Shown here in pieces: positions 22,173-31,754 of a stretch of DNA of 64,000 nt. This DNA comes from a virus. Position numbers and translations under genes: made by a program. Positions within the stretch are counted from its first letter, which is position 1. Every line of letters begins with the position of its first letter. Location: the IMG/VR virus record IMGVR_UViG_3300034061_000981, positions 32,001 to 96,000 of that record, one strand, 5' to 3'. The notes beneath the pieces were generated by a model, which searched no databases, was not told the DNA's origin, and saw nothing but the letters and a program-made list of their open reading frames with translations.

Positions 22173-23365
22173 TGAAAAAAGTAGCAATGATTGGTGTTGG
22201 CAAATTAGGTCAAGATTGTGCCGAAGTTATGGCAGATGCAGGAAATGATGTAGTTGGATATGATATTGAAATTAGAAATCCAGCTTTCCCGATGTTACCT
22301 ACAATAGCTGACGCAGTTAGAGATAGAGATATTATTTTTATTGCGGCACCTACGCCGCACGATCCTATATATGGTGGCGAAACTCCAACAAGTCATTTAC
22401 CAAACAAAGACTTTGATTATACAATCGTTACCAATATTCTACAAGAAGTTAATAAACACGTTAATAAAAGTCAATTAGTTGTGCTCATCAGTACCGTATT
22501 ACCCGGAACAGTTCGCTCTTTACTTGAACCATGTATCACTAACGCACGGTTCATTTACAATCCATACTTAATTGCAATGGGGACTATCAAATGGGATATG
22601 GTTAATCCTGAGATGGTTATCATTGGTACAGAAGATGGTAGTATTACTGGTGATGCTAGTGAACTAATTGACTTTTATAATGTGTTTATGCAAAACAATC
22701 CACGATATGAAGTCGGTACGTGGGATGAAGCAGAATCAATTAAGATTTTCTATAACACATTTATCAGTACAAAACTTGCATTAGTTAATATGATTCAAGA
22801 CGTTGCTGAAACAAATGGTAATATCAACGTAGATGTTGTTACTAACGCATTGGCTAAATCAACATATAGAATTATGGGTCCAATGTACATGAAGGCTGCA
22901 TTGGGAGATGCGGGTGCTTGTCATCCAAGAGATAATATTGCACTACGTTATCTAGCAGAACGACTAGACTTGGGTTATGATTTGTTTGATAGCATTATGA
23001 CCGCTAGAGAAAAACAAGCTGAACGTATGGCACAAAAATGCCTACAGTATGGTAAAAATGTTACTATCATCGGTAAAGCGTACAAGCCAGGTGTACCGTA
23101 TTTAAATGGTAGTGCAAGTATGTTAGTTGGTCACTATGTTGAAAAGCATGGTGGCACAGTTCATTATTATGATTTGAATACAGGTGATACTGATTTGCGT
23201 GAAGATTGGACTGAAGTTTATCTAGTTGGTTACTGGGAAAATTGGGTGGATAGAATCTCATTGCATAATGCAGGATGTGTATTAATTGATCCCTGGAGAA
23301 AAGCAGAATCAAGACACCACACTGGTGAGATTGTGTATTACGGTAATACTAGAAAGAAAACGTAA
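22172..23365 (+). CDS. UDP-glucose/GDP-mannose 6-dehydrogenase family protein
   Basis: GVGKLG Rossmann motif, AAPTP, STVLPGT, YNP, AESIK.FYNTFISTK, GACHPRD catalytic Cys. Confidence 0.9.
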   Translation: MKKVAMIGVGKLGQDCAEVMADAGNDVVGYDIEIRNPAFPMLPTIADAVRDRDIIFIAAPTPHDPIYGGETPTSHLPNKDFDYTIVTNILQEVNKHVNKSQLVVLISTVLPGTVRSLLEPCITNARFIYNPYLIAMGTIKWDMVNPEMVIIGTEDGSITGDASELIDFYNVFMQNNPRYEVGTWDEAESIKIFYNTFISTKLALVNMIQDVAETNGNINVDVVTNALAKSTYRIMGPMYMKAALGDAGACHPRDNIALRYLAERLDLGYDLFDSIMTAREKQAERMAQKCLQYGKNVTIIGKAYKPGVPYLNGSASMLVGHYVEKHGGTVHYYDLNTGDTDLREDWTEVYLVGYWENWVDRISLHNAGCVLIDPWRKAESRHHTGEIVYYGNTRKKT

Positions 23366-25254
23366 TGAGAATCTCCCGGGAGTTAATGGCAGAGCATACG
23401 TTTGTTGCTTTCCCTGAAATAAAACAATATGAAAATAATATACACTTTATTGATGCAACCATTGGTAGAAGAGAAATATTTTTAACTAGAGACACTGTTG
23501 AAATAGTAAATGAAATAAAACAAGCATATAGTCAAGGAAAAACTAAATTTTTCTTTTATATGTTTACCGAAGCGGTGATGTCCCATATTGTTTTTAAAGT
23601 ACACAGGATAGCTAAGTTACTTCAAGATATTATACCTTCTGAAAATTTCTTTTATTTGTCTGGGGCAATTAACGGTGAAGAAGCGTATGAAAAGGTTGCA
23701 CAACGACACAATTTTACTTTTAGAATAAGCATATTGTCTGCGTCAATGTTCCATCATTACTTAAAAAAAACAACATTAAGTTACGAAATTGATTACAACA
23801 TATTTGAAGTTAAAGTAAAACCTAAAAAGTTTCTTTGTTTCAATAAACTTGAACGAGAACAACGTTTAAGATTAATTGAACGAATGTTGAAAAATAATTA
23901 TGTTGATTTGGGATATTATTCATTTGAATCATCTAATAGTGATAATTTTAATATAATTGCAAACCGATTAGACCCAACACGATTTCCTTATATAAAAGCA
24001 AATAAACATAAGTTCCCGTTAAGATTAAATATAAAAGAAGATCGTACTAACCCAGTTAATATTATACCGGAAGACTTAGACTATTTTAAGAACAGTTATT
24101 TTAGTATTGTAAATGAAACAATATTTTACGGTACTAGTAGCTCTAGGACAAATAATTTATCACATCAGCCCAATGCAGAGTATTCAAGTATATTTGTATC
24201 AGAGAAAACATTTAAGTGTTTGGCTCTAAAACATCCTTTTGTTGTTTTTGGCAGACCGGGTTTTATTAAAGGATTACATAAATTGGGATTCAAAACATTT
24301 AGTCCCTACATTGACGAATCATACGATGATATCGTGGATGACGATGAACGATTTAATAAAATCTTTAATGAAATAGATAGACTAATTAATTTAAGTGATG
24401 ACGAGTGGTTAGCTTTATTACAACACTTAGAACCTATAGTTGAATATAATCACGGTTTATTTTTAGATAAAGAGTTTCACGGTATAACTGAAAATCCAAC
24501 AAGGTTCTTTGCAGACATTAAACCAAAAAAACAATTAAAAACATTGAATGAAGTTCTATTAAAAAGTGATTATATAGAATTAATGCCAATTATTGAAATA
24601 AAAGATTGGTCAATGCAAACTAGAACATTGAACAGTGGAATAGTAGTAGAATATCCAACATATTTAGATGGTGGCGGATTAGAGATGGTTAATGAGTTAG
24701 TTAATGTAATTAAAACTACGGGTAAATCATCCTATGATAGGGGTTGTGAATGGTGTGCAGGTTTTGGTGTATTGGGCTTTGATGTTTTAGGACTAGGATT
24801 AGCAAAGCATATGGTCTTTACTGATTACTTTGCAGCCGCAATAGAAAACTGTTTGGCTACTGCTAGTAAAAACAACATAAGTGATAAAGTAACCGGGTAT
24901 ATCTCAGGTACCATCAGGGGCATACCAAATGAAAAATGGGATTTAGTTATCAGTAATCCACCTCATGTATTTGATAAAGAATATTTTATAGAGACATTAC
25001 CGGGCGGTAAAGAAAATAATCATAACATAGATAATTCTTGTAGATTAATTGTTGACCAAAACTTTGCAATACATAAAGAATTCTTCAAAAACATTAAAGA
25101 AAAATTAACTAAAGATGCTGATGTATATCTCATTGAAGCATTAAAAGATGGTTTTATCAATGAATGGGCAGAACAGGGTGGATTATATGTACATGCAACC
25201 TATCCTATAACTGCACTACCGCATGGACAAATATTCCATTTCAAGTTGAAATAA
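23365..25254 (+). CDS. Fusion: GT10-like glycosyltransferase (paralog 6) plus class I SAM methyltransferase
   Basis: N part: IVNET..FVSEKTFK..HPF..IDESYD; C part: EWCAGFG and VISNPPH. Confidence 0.7.
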   Translation: MRISRELMAEHTFVAFPEIKQYENNIHFIDATIGRREIFLTRDTVEIVNEIKQAYSQGKTKFFFYMFTEAVMSHIVFKVHRIAKLLQDIIPSENFFYLSGAINGEEAYEKVAQRHNFTFRISILSASMFHHYLKKTTLSYEIDYNIFEVKVKPKKFLCFNKLEREQRLRLIERMLKNNYVDLGYYSFESSNSDNFNIIANRLDPTRFPYIKANKHKFPLRLNIKEDRTNPVNIIPEDLDYFKNSYFSIVNETIFYGTSSSRTNNLSHQPNAEYSSIFVSEKTFKCLALKHPFVVFGRPGFIKGLHKLGFKTFSPYIDESYDDIVDDDERFNKIFNEIDRLINLSDDEWLALLQHLEPIVEYNHGLFLDKEFHGITENPTRFFADIKPKKQLKTLNEVLLKSDYIELMPIIEIKDWSMQTRTLNSGIVVEYPTYLDGGGLEMVNELVNVIKTTGKSSYDRGCEWCAGFGVLGFDVLGLGLAKHMVFTDYFAAAIENCLATASKNNISDKVTGYISGTIRGIPNEKWDLVISNPPHVFDKEYFIETLPGGKENNHNIDNSCRLIVDQNFAIHKEFFKNIKEKLTKDADVYLIEALKDGFINEWAEQGGLYVHATYPITALPHGQIFHFKLK

Positions 25255-25284
25255 ATTAAGTTTTATAGTATAATTTTAATAGAT

Positions 25285-25290
25285 TAAATA
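25285..25290 (+). promoter_or_regulatory. Putative late promoter core (TAAATA)
   Basis: Intergenic, upstream of SD TAAGGAG and TTG start at 25315. Confidence 0.5.
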
Positions 25291-25314
25291 CTACTTGAAG
25301 TAAGGAGATATTGT

Positions 25315-27597
25315 TTGGATTCAAACACCGATTCGAAGGTAGTTCTAAAAGAAAGACCCACAGCAGATGTTGCAGATGAACGTCATCAAGCGATGATGGA
25401 TGCCATTGCGCCCTATGCTAAAAAATCTATACAGAAAAATTTAACTCCAGTATATGTAGATTATAAAACACGCAACACAAAAATGGTATTGGTATTGTGC
25501 CCTGAATGGTCACCTTACATGCCTCCGTTTTCGTTAGCAAAACTATCCGGAATTGCTAAAGCTGCCGGATATGAAACAAATATTATAGATTTGAATGTTA
25601 GAGCATACAATGCTCATAAAAACGATTGGAGACCAAATAACAAATTACCCTTTAGGTTGTGGGATCCAGCCGCAAGTTGGCACTGGTTGGGTGACACGTA
25701 TTCCAAAGATATTCACCCTGTACTAGAACCATTACTCTCACAAGCTATTGATGAAATTGTTGCAATGAAGCCTGACGTTGTTGGCTTTAGTGTTTATTAC
25801 ATTAGTGAAGAACCCACTAAGTGGATGTGCCAAGAGTTAAAGCGTAGACTACCTAATGTAAAGATTGCAGTAGGCGGCCCTAATGTACATAAACATTGGT
25901 TTGCAATTCACGATTACTATGACTATGTTATTGTAGGTGAGGGTGAAAACAATCTATTAGTCATGCTTGATGAAATTGAAGAAAAGATTGAAGTTCAATA
26001 TCCACGAGTATTAACACAACCTGAAGACCAGCGTATCAATATTAACAATTTGCCGATGCCAGACTATGAAAGTATTGACTTCTCACAGTATGAGATGCCA
26101 AATGGTATCAACAGTGAAATTAGTCGAGGTTGTACAGCTAAATGTACATTCTGTGAAGAAACACACTTCTGGAAATATCGTCAACGTCAAGCAGTTGATT
26201 TGATTACAGAGATTGAGTGGTTATATTACAATAAAGGTACTGATGTTATTTGGTTTATTGATAGTCTTATTAATGGTAATATCAATGAACTTAGAGCATT
26301 TGCATTAGCACTCAAAAATAAAAATTTAGAGGTTAAATTTGCAGGTTATGCACGACATGATGGTCGTATGGATAAAGCATACTTGAAAGATTTAGCAGAT
26401 GGTGGTTGTTTGCGATTTAACTTTGGTAGTGAATCCGGAAGTCAAAAAGTATTAGACGATATGGCTAAGGGTGTGACTATTAAAGAGATGGAACAAAACT
26501 TTATTGATTGTAAAGAATTGGGTATAGGAAGCGATACTAACTGGATTGTAGGATTCTCCACTGAGGATTATCAAGACTACTCAGATACAATGACATTACA
26601 ATGGCGTATGCGTGAAAATATTAGTAACATGGGTTTAGGGGTAGGCTTTGCAGTAGGTCCAGAAACTATTGTAGGACAGAATCCACATAGATTTAATGTT
26701 AGCTATCATAAGTATCAGAATCATTGGATTACTAATGATTTATCTAAAGGTGGTACACACATTATGATGCGTGTGAAAAATATTCACATATGGGCTGACT
26801 TAATATCACATTGCAAAGAAGGTCCGGCAACCACATATCCAGTTCGTTTCGCACTAGCACAAAAGCATTATAAGATTAAATTTAATGATCCGCTATGCCG
26901 TAAAGAGATGAATTATGAAAAATTTGATTATGATATCATTCCACCGGTAGATCCTAACAATAAATTTGCAAATCAGCTTGTGAATGAAATATGGCCATTA
27001 TTAAGAAATATTTGGAGAGCAAGAGGCGGATATGAAGCAGAGATACTTTTTAATCCTGAACTTGATTTAGTAGAATTTGGATCGCAATTTGGTCCGGGTA
27101 TGTTTAATGCCGTATATAAGTTTAAGATTAGTGATGATGGAAAGTGGGAAGCAGACTTTGATATGCACTTTAATCAACATATTGATAACCCAGAAGATAA
27201 TAGATTACCTCCTCCAGAAGGTCGTAGGGGTCCTTTCTATGCACAAGATTATTCAAGGGCACAATCTAATACAGTTAAACGTGCTAGAAGATTAGCAAAA
27301 CCAAAATGGTCAGATGAAAAAGGTCGTAGTGGTCAAGACTTTACTGATTTATTAAATGAAGAAGAATATTTAAATAAAAATATAGATTTTACCTTTGACC
27401 TACATTATGTAGGCACTGGTGATTGGGGTAACTATGCTGATTATGAAGTAAAAGTATCTGATAAGAAACGTGATGCTATTCCTGAAAAAGAAGTAATGTA
27501 TATACCTAAAGTACCTGTGTCCCCAGTAGTTCCTGAAATTGCTACAATTGATATTTCTCAGATTAAAAAAAGTAGAAGACCATTGTTTCCAGTATGA
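25315..27597 (+). CDS. Cobalamin-binding radical SAM protein
   Basis: VVGFSVY, IAVGGP, GEGE; SRGCTAKCTFC; FGSESGSQKVL. Confidence 0.88.
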   Translation: MDSNTDSKVVLKERPTADVADERHQAMMDAIAPYAKKSIQKNLTPVYVDYKTRNTKMVLVLCPEWSPYMPPFSLAKLSGIAKAAGYETNIIDLNVRAYNAHKNDWRPNNKLPFRLWDPAASWHWLGDTYSKDIHPVLEPLLSQAIDEIVAMKPDVVGFSVYYISEEPTKWMCQELKRRLPNVKIAVGGPNVHKHWFAIHDYYDYVIVGEGENNLLVMLDEIEEKIEVQYPRVLTQPEDQRININNLPMPDYESIDFSQYEMPNGINSEISRGCTAKCTFCEETHFWKYRQRQAVDLITEIEWLYYNKGTDVIWFIDSLINGNINELRAFALALKNKNLEVKFAGYARHDGRMDKAYLKDLADGGCLRFNFGSESGSQKVLDDMAKGVTIKEMEQNFIDCKELGIGSDTNWIVGFSTEDYQDYSDTMTLQWRMRENISNMGLGVGFAVGPETIVGQNPHRFNVSYHKYQNHWITNDLSKGGTHIMMRVKNIHIWADLISHCKEGPATTYPVRFALAQKHYKIKFNDPLCRKEMNYEKFDYDIIPPVDPNNKFANQLVNEIWPLLRNIWRARGGYEAEILFNPELDLVEFGSQFGPGMFNAVYKFKISDDGKWEADFDMHFNQHIDNPEDNRLPPPEGRRGPFYAQDYSRAQSNTVKRARRLAKPKWSDEKGRSGQDFTDLLNEEEYLNKNIDFTFDLHYVGTGDWGNYADYEVKVSDKKRDAIPEKEVMYIPKVPVSPVVPEIATIDISQIKKSRRPLFPV

Positions 27598-28184
27598 ACT
27601 CGGTAGAACATTTTGAGAAAATAGTTGCAGAATATTACAATGCACCATATGCGATAGCAACTGATTGTTGCACACATGCAATTGAATTGTGTTTGCGACT
27701 TACTGAGCCTGTGTATGTTAAATGCCCTAATCATACATATCTCAGTATTCCAATGACGTTCAGTAAGTTAAAACTTCAGTGGAATTTCACTGACGAAAAA
27801 TGGCAAGACTACTACACTATTACCAATACTAATATTATAGATGCCGCCGTTTATTGGAAAAAGAATAGCTATATCAGAAACACATTGATGTGCTTGAGTT
27901 TTCAATATAAGAAACATTTGAACATTGGTCGTGGTGGTATGATTCTACTTGACAATACAGAACAGTATGAACAATTACTAAAGATGCGATATGACGGTAG
28001 GTTAGACAACATACCCTGGGCAGAGCAAGACATTGATATAATAGGATATCATTATTACATGACTCCTGAAAATGCTGATATCGGTATTGAGAAATTTAAG
28101 ACAGCAAGTATAACAGAACCTAAACAATGGTCATATAAAGATTATCCTGATTTAAAGAAAATGAAAGTGTTCAATGCTAAGTAA
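27594..28184 (+). CDS. Short DegT/DnrJ/StrS-family PLP aminotransferase
   Basis: DCCTHAIEL, IIDAA, LSFQYKK..GRGGMI; only 196 aa. Confidence 0.75.
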   Translation: MNSVEHFEKIVAEYYNAPYAIATDCCTHAIELCLRLTEPVYVKCPNHTYLSIPMTFSKLKLQWNFTDEKWQDYYTITNTNIIDAAVYWKKNSYIRNTLMCLSFQYKKHLNIGRGGMILLDNTEQYEQLLKMRYDGRLDNIPWAEQDIDIIGYHYYMTPENADIGIEKFKTASITEPKQWSYKDYPDLKKMKVFNAK

Positions 28185-29145
28185 AAACGAATGGGATCCA
28201 CTACAATCAGTTATTGTAGGTATTGCTGATGATGCTAAGATTCCTAAACTTGATACTAGTTTACGTTGTGTAAACTATGCAGACTTACAGTCTACAATAC
28301 AAGTTGGTAACTATCCGCAACAAGTTATTGACGAAGCAAACGAAGATTTAAATAATTTAGTATCATTCTTAGAGGGTGAAAGTGTCACAATATACAGACC
28401 TAACACAAAGTTTGTGCCTGAGTATTATAACTACTGCCCACGTGATACTGTGTTAGTGCATGATGACTTAATATTAACTACACCTAATCCTTTACGAGCA
28501 AGACAAACAGAACATCTTGCTATGTTAGATACACTAAAAGAACACGGTAGTGTTATTACTAAATTGCATTCTGGTCATGAAAGTCTGTACAATACAAATT
28601 GTGTAGGTAATCCAAATATACTTGCATTGAATGAGACTGAGCCTGCGTTTGATGCGGCAAACATATTGCGTTCAAATGATGATTTGTTTTATCTAGTAAG
28701 TAATAGTGGTAATAAAGCTGGCGCTAAATATCTGCAAGAATTATATCCTGATAAGAAGGTTCATACGATTGAAGGTGTGTATAGTTATATGCACTTAGAT
28801 AGTACAATTGCATTATTGCGTGAGGGATTGATGTTACTGAATCCTGCACGTATTAAGAGTATTGAACAACTACCCAAACCATTGCAATCATGGGATGTTA
28901 TTTGGGCGCCCGAGCCAGTTGATATTGGTCATTACCCGGGATACTGCAATGCTAGTACATGGGTAAGTATCAATTTGTTTAGTGTTAATCCTAACTTAGT
29001 TATAGTTGAAGAACACCAAAACAACTTGCGTAGTGAATTAGAAAAATATAATATAGAATGTGCTATGTTACCAATGCGTCACGCACGAACACTGGGAGGA
29101 TGCTTTCATTGTGTAACACTAGATTTAATTAGGAATCATGTATGA
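28174..29145 (+). CDS. Amidinotransferase (inosamine-phosphate/glycine amidinotransferase family)
   Basis: NEWDPL..VIVG, YCPRD, FDAAN, MHLDST, C-terminal GGCFHCVTLD. Confidence 0.9.
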   Translation: MLSKNEWDPLQSVIVGIADDAKIPKLDTSLRCVNYADLQSTIQVGNYPQQVIDEANEDLNNLVSFLEGESVTIYRPNTKFVPEYYNYCPRDTVLVHDDLILTTPNPLRARQTEHLAMLDTLKEHGSVITKLHSGHESLYNTNCVGNPNILALNETEPAFDAANILRSNDDLFYLVSNSGNKAGAKYLQELYPDKKVHTIEGVYSYMHLDSTIALLREGLMLLNPARIKSIEQLPKPLQSWDVIWAPEPVDIGHYPGYCNASTWVSINLFSVNPNLVIVEEHQNNLRSELEKYNIECAMLPMRHARTLGGCFHCVTLDLIRNHV

Positions 29146-30914
29146 AAGAAAAATGGAAAAGAGGTCATTTTGGAAGATTCTGGGACCTTAATGAGTTTAA
29201 AAAATTTGATTATGTTCGTCAACCCATTACTGCTGAAGAAGTAGCTGAGTGGGAATCACAGGGCTATGACCATGTTAAAAGTTTTACTGGTCAAATGTAT
29301 GACAATAGAAACCCTATGCCTGATTGGATACAAACCTTTAAGGGTCTTTTTCTTACGTATAAAAATATGACATTTACTTTCTATAAGATGAGTACATTAG
29401 AAATAATGCCAGAGCACTCAGATCATTATAGAACGTATATAAAAATGTTTGATGCTAAAAGTGAAAATGTTCATCGTATTTTAGTAATGCTTGAAGATTG
29501 GAAACCGGGTCATTATTTAGAAATTGATGGGGTTGGGATTACCAATTGGATTGCAGGAGATTACTTTATGTGGCGCGCCGATTGTAAACATGCCGCCGCA
29601 AATATAGGCATAGAAGATAGGTATACATTACAAATAACATGTGAAGAAGTTGAAATTACTGACACATGGAATACGTTACATTGGTATAATATTCCCGATA
29701 TGATCTCTAGGGATAGTTCTTATCTATATTATATGGATCGCATTTTAAGTTTTATACCAAAGGATATTAGTACTAATCCAATGTTCATTTATATGTTTAA
29801 CGAAAACATAAATGAATTAGAAAATATAACACATGATGACTTTGCTATAAATGAATTAAACAATAAAGGTTTAACAATTTATTTAACGGAACCTTTATGT
29901 AGCTATCTAGTAGGAGCCCCACAATGGCATCCACCTAAAGGAACTAAACATAATATGATGTTTTACTCTGAGTTTGAAGGTTTTGAACGCCCCCAACAAT
30001 TTAGAGCAGATGAATTGGATAGCATTGAAAGATATGTAATTAGAAATCAATTAACAAATGTAAAAGTTTATACATGTGACTATGATGCAAAAAAATGGTA
30101 TCCGTACTATTCAGATTTTATGCAAATTGGTTATGATGATTTGTTTGTAAAATCTGTATTACCTAAAAAGATTTACAATCCAGAAGTAGAACCTAATTTT
30201 ACTAAAAAATTTATTTGTTTAAATTGGAGATATACTCCACATAGACAAATGCTAGCGGCATATGTCGCTCCCCTATCAAGTCATGTCAGTTGGTATTTTA
30301 GAGGCGAGTTGGGAATTGTGGGACGGCAATATTGGTGTGATATATTTAACATTCAAATGCGTGACCCGGAAGTGTTTGGTAAATTAATAGCCGGTGTCGA
30401 ATATTTAAATATACATTCTCCTATGAATGTTGATTTAAATCTTACAGAACCAGTTACTATATTACATTCATATTTTAGACATTGCATGCCTAATGGCACA
30501 CTATTTGACCATACTAAAGGTGAATTAGATGAAAATAAGATGGAAGAATCATATAGAGATGTGTTTTGCGATATTGTTACTGAATCAAGATTTGCACAAC
30601 CAACCGGCAATTATAGCGAAAAAACGTTTCACCCTATGTGGTTTAAGAAGCCCTTTGTGTTGGCTGCACCTCCTAACACATTAAAGTTATTAAAAGAGCA
30701 TGGCTTTAAAACATTTAGTGATTTTTGGGATGAGTCATATGATTCAATTACTATACACGAAGAACGTTTATTAAAGATTTTTGAAGTAATTGATTTTATT
30801 AATAATAAATCAATAGAAGAACTACAAGAAATGTATGTTCAAATGAAACCAATATTAGAACACAATTACAATTTAATAAAAGAAAAATTACCACCAATTG
30901 GGATACAAAAATGA
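29142..30914 (+). CDS. Fusion: Fe(II)/2OG oxygenase-like domain plus GT10-like glycosyltransferase (paralog 7)
   Basis: PEHSD..HAAANIG..RYTLQIT; C part: IVTESRF..YSEKT..KKPF..WDESYD. Confidence 0.65.
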   Translation: MKEKWKRGHFGRFWDLNEFKKFDYVRQPITAEEVAEWESQGYDHVKSFTGQMYDNRNPMPDWIQTFKGLFLTYKNMTFTFYKMSTLEIMPEHSDHYRTYIKMFDAKSENVHRILVMLEDWKPGHYLEIDGVGITNWIAGDYFMWRADCKHAAANIGIEDRYTLQITCEEVEITDTWNTLHWYNIPDMISRDSSYLYYMDRILSFIPKDISTNPMFIYMFNENINELENITHDDFAINELNNKGLTIYLTEPLCSYLVGAPQWHPPKGTKHNMMFYSEFEGFERPQQFRADELDSIERYVIRNQLTNVKVYTCDYDAKKWYPYYSDFMQIGYDDLFVKSVLPKKIYNPEVEPNFTKKFICLNWRYTPHRQMLAAYVAPLSSHVSWYFRGELGIVGRQYWCDIFNIQMRDPEVFGKLIAGVEYLNIHSPMNVDLNLTEPVTILHSYFRHCMPNGTLFDHTKGELDENKMEESYRDVFCDIVTESRFAQPTGNYSEKTFHPMWFKKPFVLAAPPNTLKLLKEHGFKTFSDFWDESYDSITIHEERLLKIFEVIDFINNKSIEELQEMYVQMKPILEHNYNLIKEKLPPIGIQK

Positions 30915-31669
30915 AAGAAAAAATATTATTAATTGCAGGCTGTAGTCATGCCGCCGGAAGTGAGATTGACGGGAGTGAGGATAGTGAATACAATAGACAC
31001 CACTGTTTTGGTAGTGAGTTAGCATCAAAATTAGGTCGTAAACCTATCAATATGTCAATTGCAGGCAATACTAATAGTGGTATAGCAAGAAGTATACTTA
31101 AGTGGTTTTCTGCAAATTATAACCCTAAAAAGATAGATGTTATAGTATTAGTAGCTTGGACTGACAGTACACGAATGGAAGCCCCTGTAACAGAATTATG
31201 TAATCCTCCCCAGCCTTGTTACGCTAATTGGCTCGATATAACCTGTTCTAACTTTTTTAGGTCAACTATGGGTTATGAAGGTGATAAAAACAAACCCGGC
31301 GAAGTTGAAAGAATAAAAAGCATACAAAGATTTATAGCAGAAAATGAACAAATGGTTGAAATTATGTCTATAAACTATGTATTACAAATACAATATTTTT
31401 TACAATCAATAAAAGTAAATTATTTGATGTGTAATACAATGCCTATATTTATGGACCATACCAAGCATTTGGGATATTATTTAAATCTTATTGATGCGAC
31501 TAAATATTATGGTATATACAACAGTGAAGAAGCATTTTTTCCTAAATATAGAAAAGAAGGCTATGTCAATCCAAAAGCAAAATATTGGCATCACGATGAA
31601 ATCCCACATCAACTGTTTGCAGAAGAATTATACAACTTTATACAGGAGAACAAAAATGTTCATAGTTAG
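30911..31669 (+). CDS. SGNH/GDSL-like protein
   Basis: AGCSHAAG, NMSIAGNTN, C-terminal YWHH. Confidence 0.55.
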   Translation: MKEKILLIAGCSHAAGSEIDGSEDSEYNRHHCFGSELASKLGRKPINMSIAGNTNSGIARSILKWFSANYNPKKIDVIVLVAWTDSTRMEAPVTELCNPPQPCYANWLDITCSNFFRSTMGYEGDKNKPGEVERIKSIQRFIAENEQMVEIMSINYVLQIQYFLQSIKVNYLMCNTMPIFMDHTKHLGYYLNLIDATKYYGIYNSEEAFFPKYRKEGYVNPKAKYWHHDEIPHQLFAEELYNFIQENKNVHS

Positions 31670-31754
31670 ATGGTTTAAAAATTTAGTTAGAGAATACAAG
31701 TACCGCAAGCGCATTAAAGAATTACGCAAACGAGATCCATTTATTTACAAATGA
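31656..31754 (+). CDS. 32-aa basic peptide ending DPFIYK, upstream of the carbamoyltransferase
   Basis: SD AGGAG; MFIVRWFKNLVREYKYRKRIKELRKRDPFIYK; ATGA overlap with 31751. Confidence 0.7.
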   Translation: MFIVRWFKNLVREYKYRKRIKELRKRDPFIYK

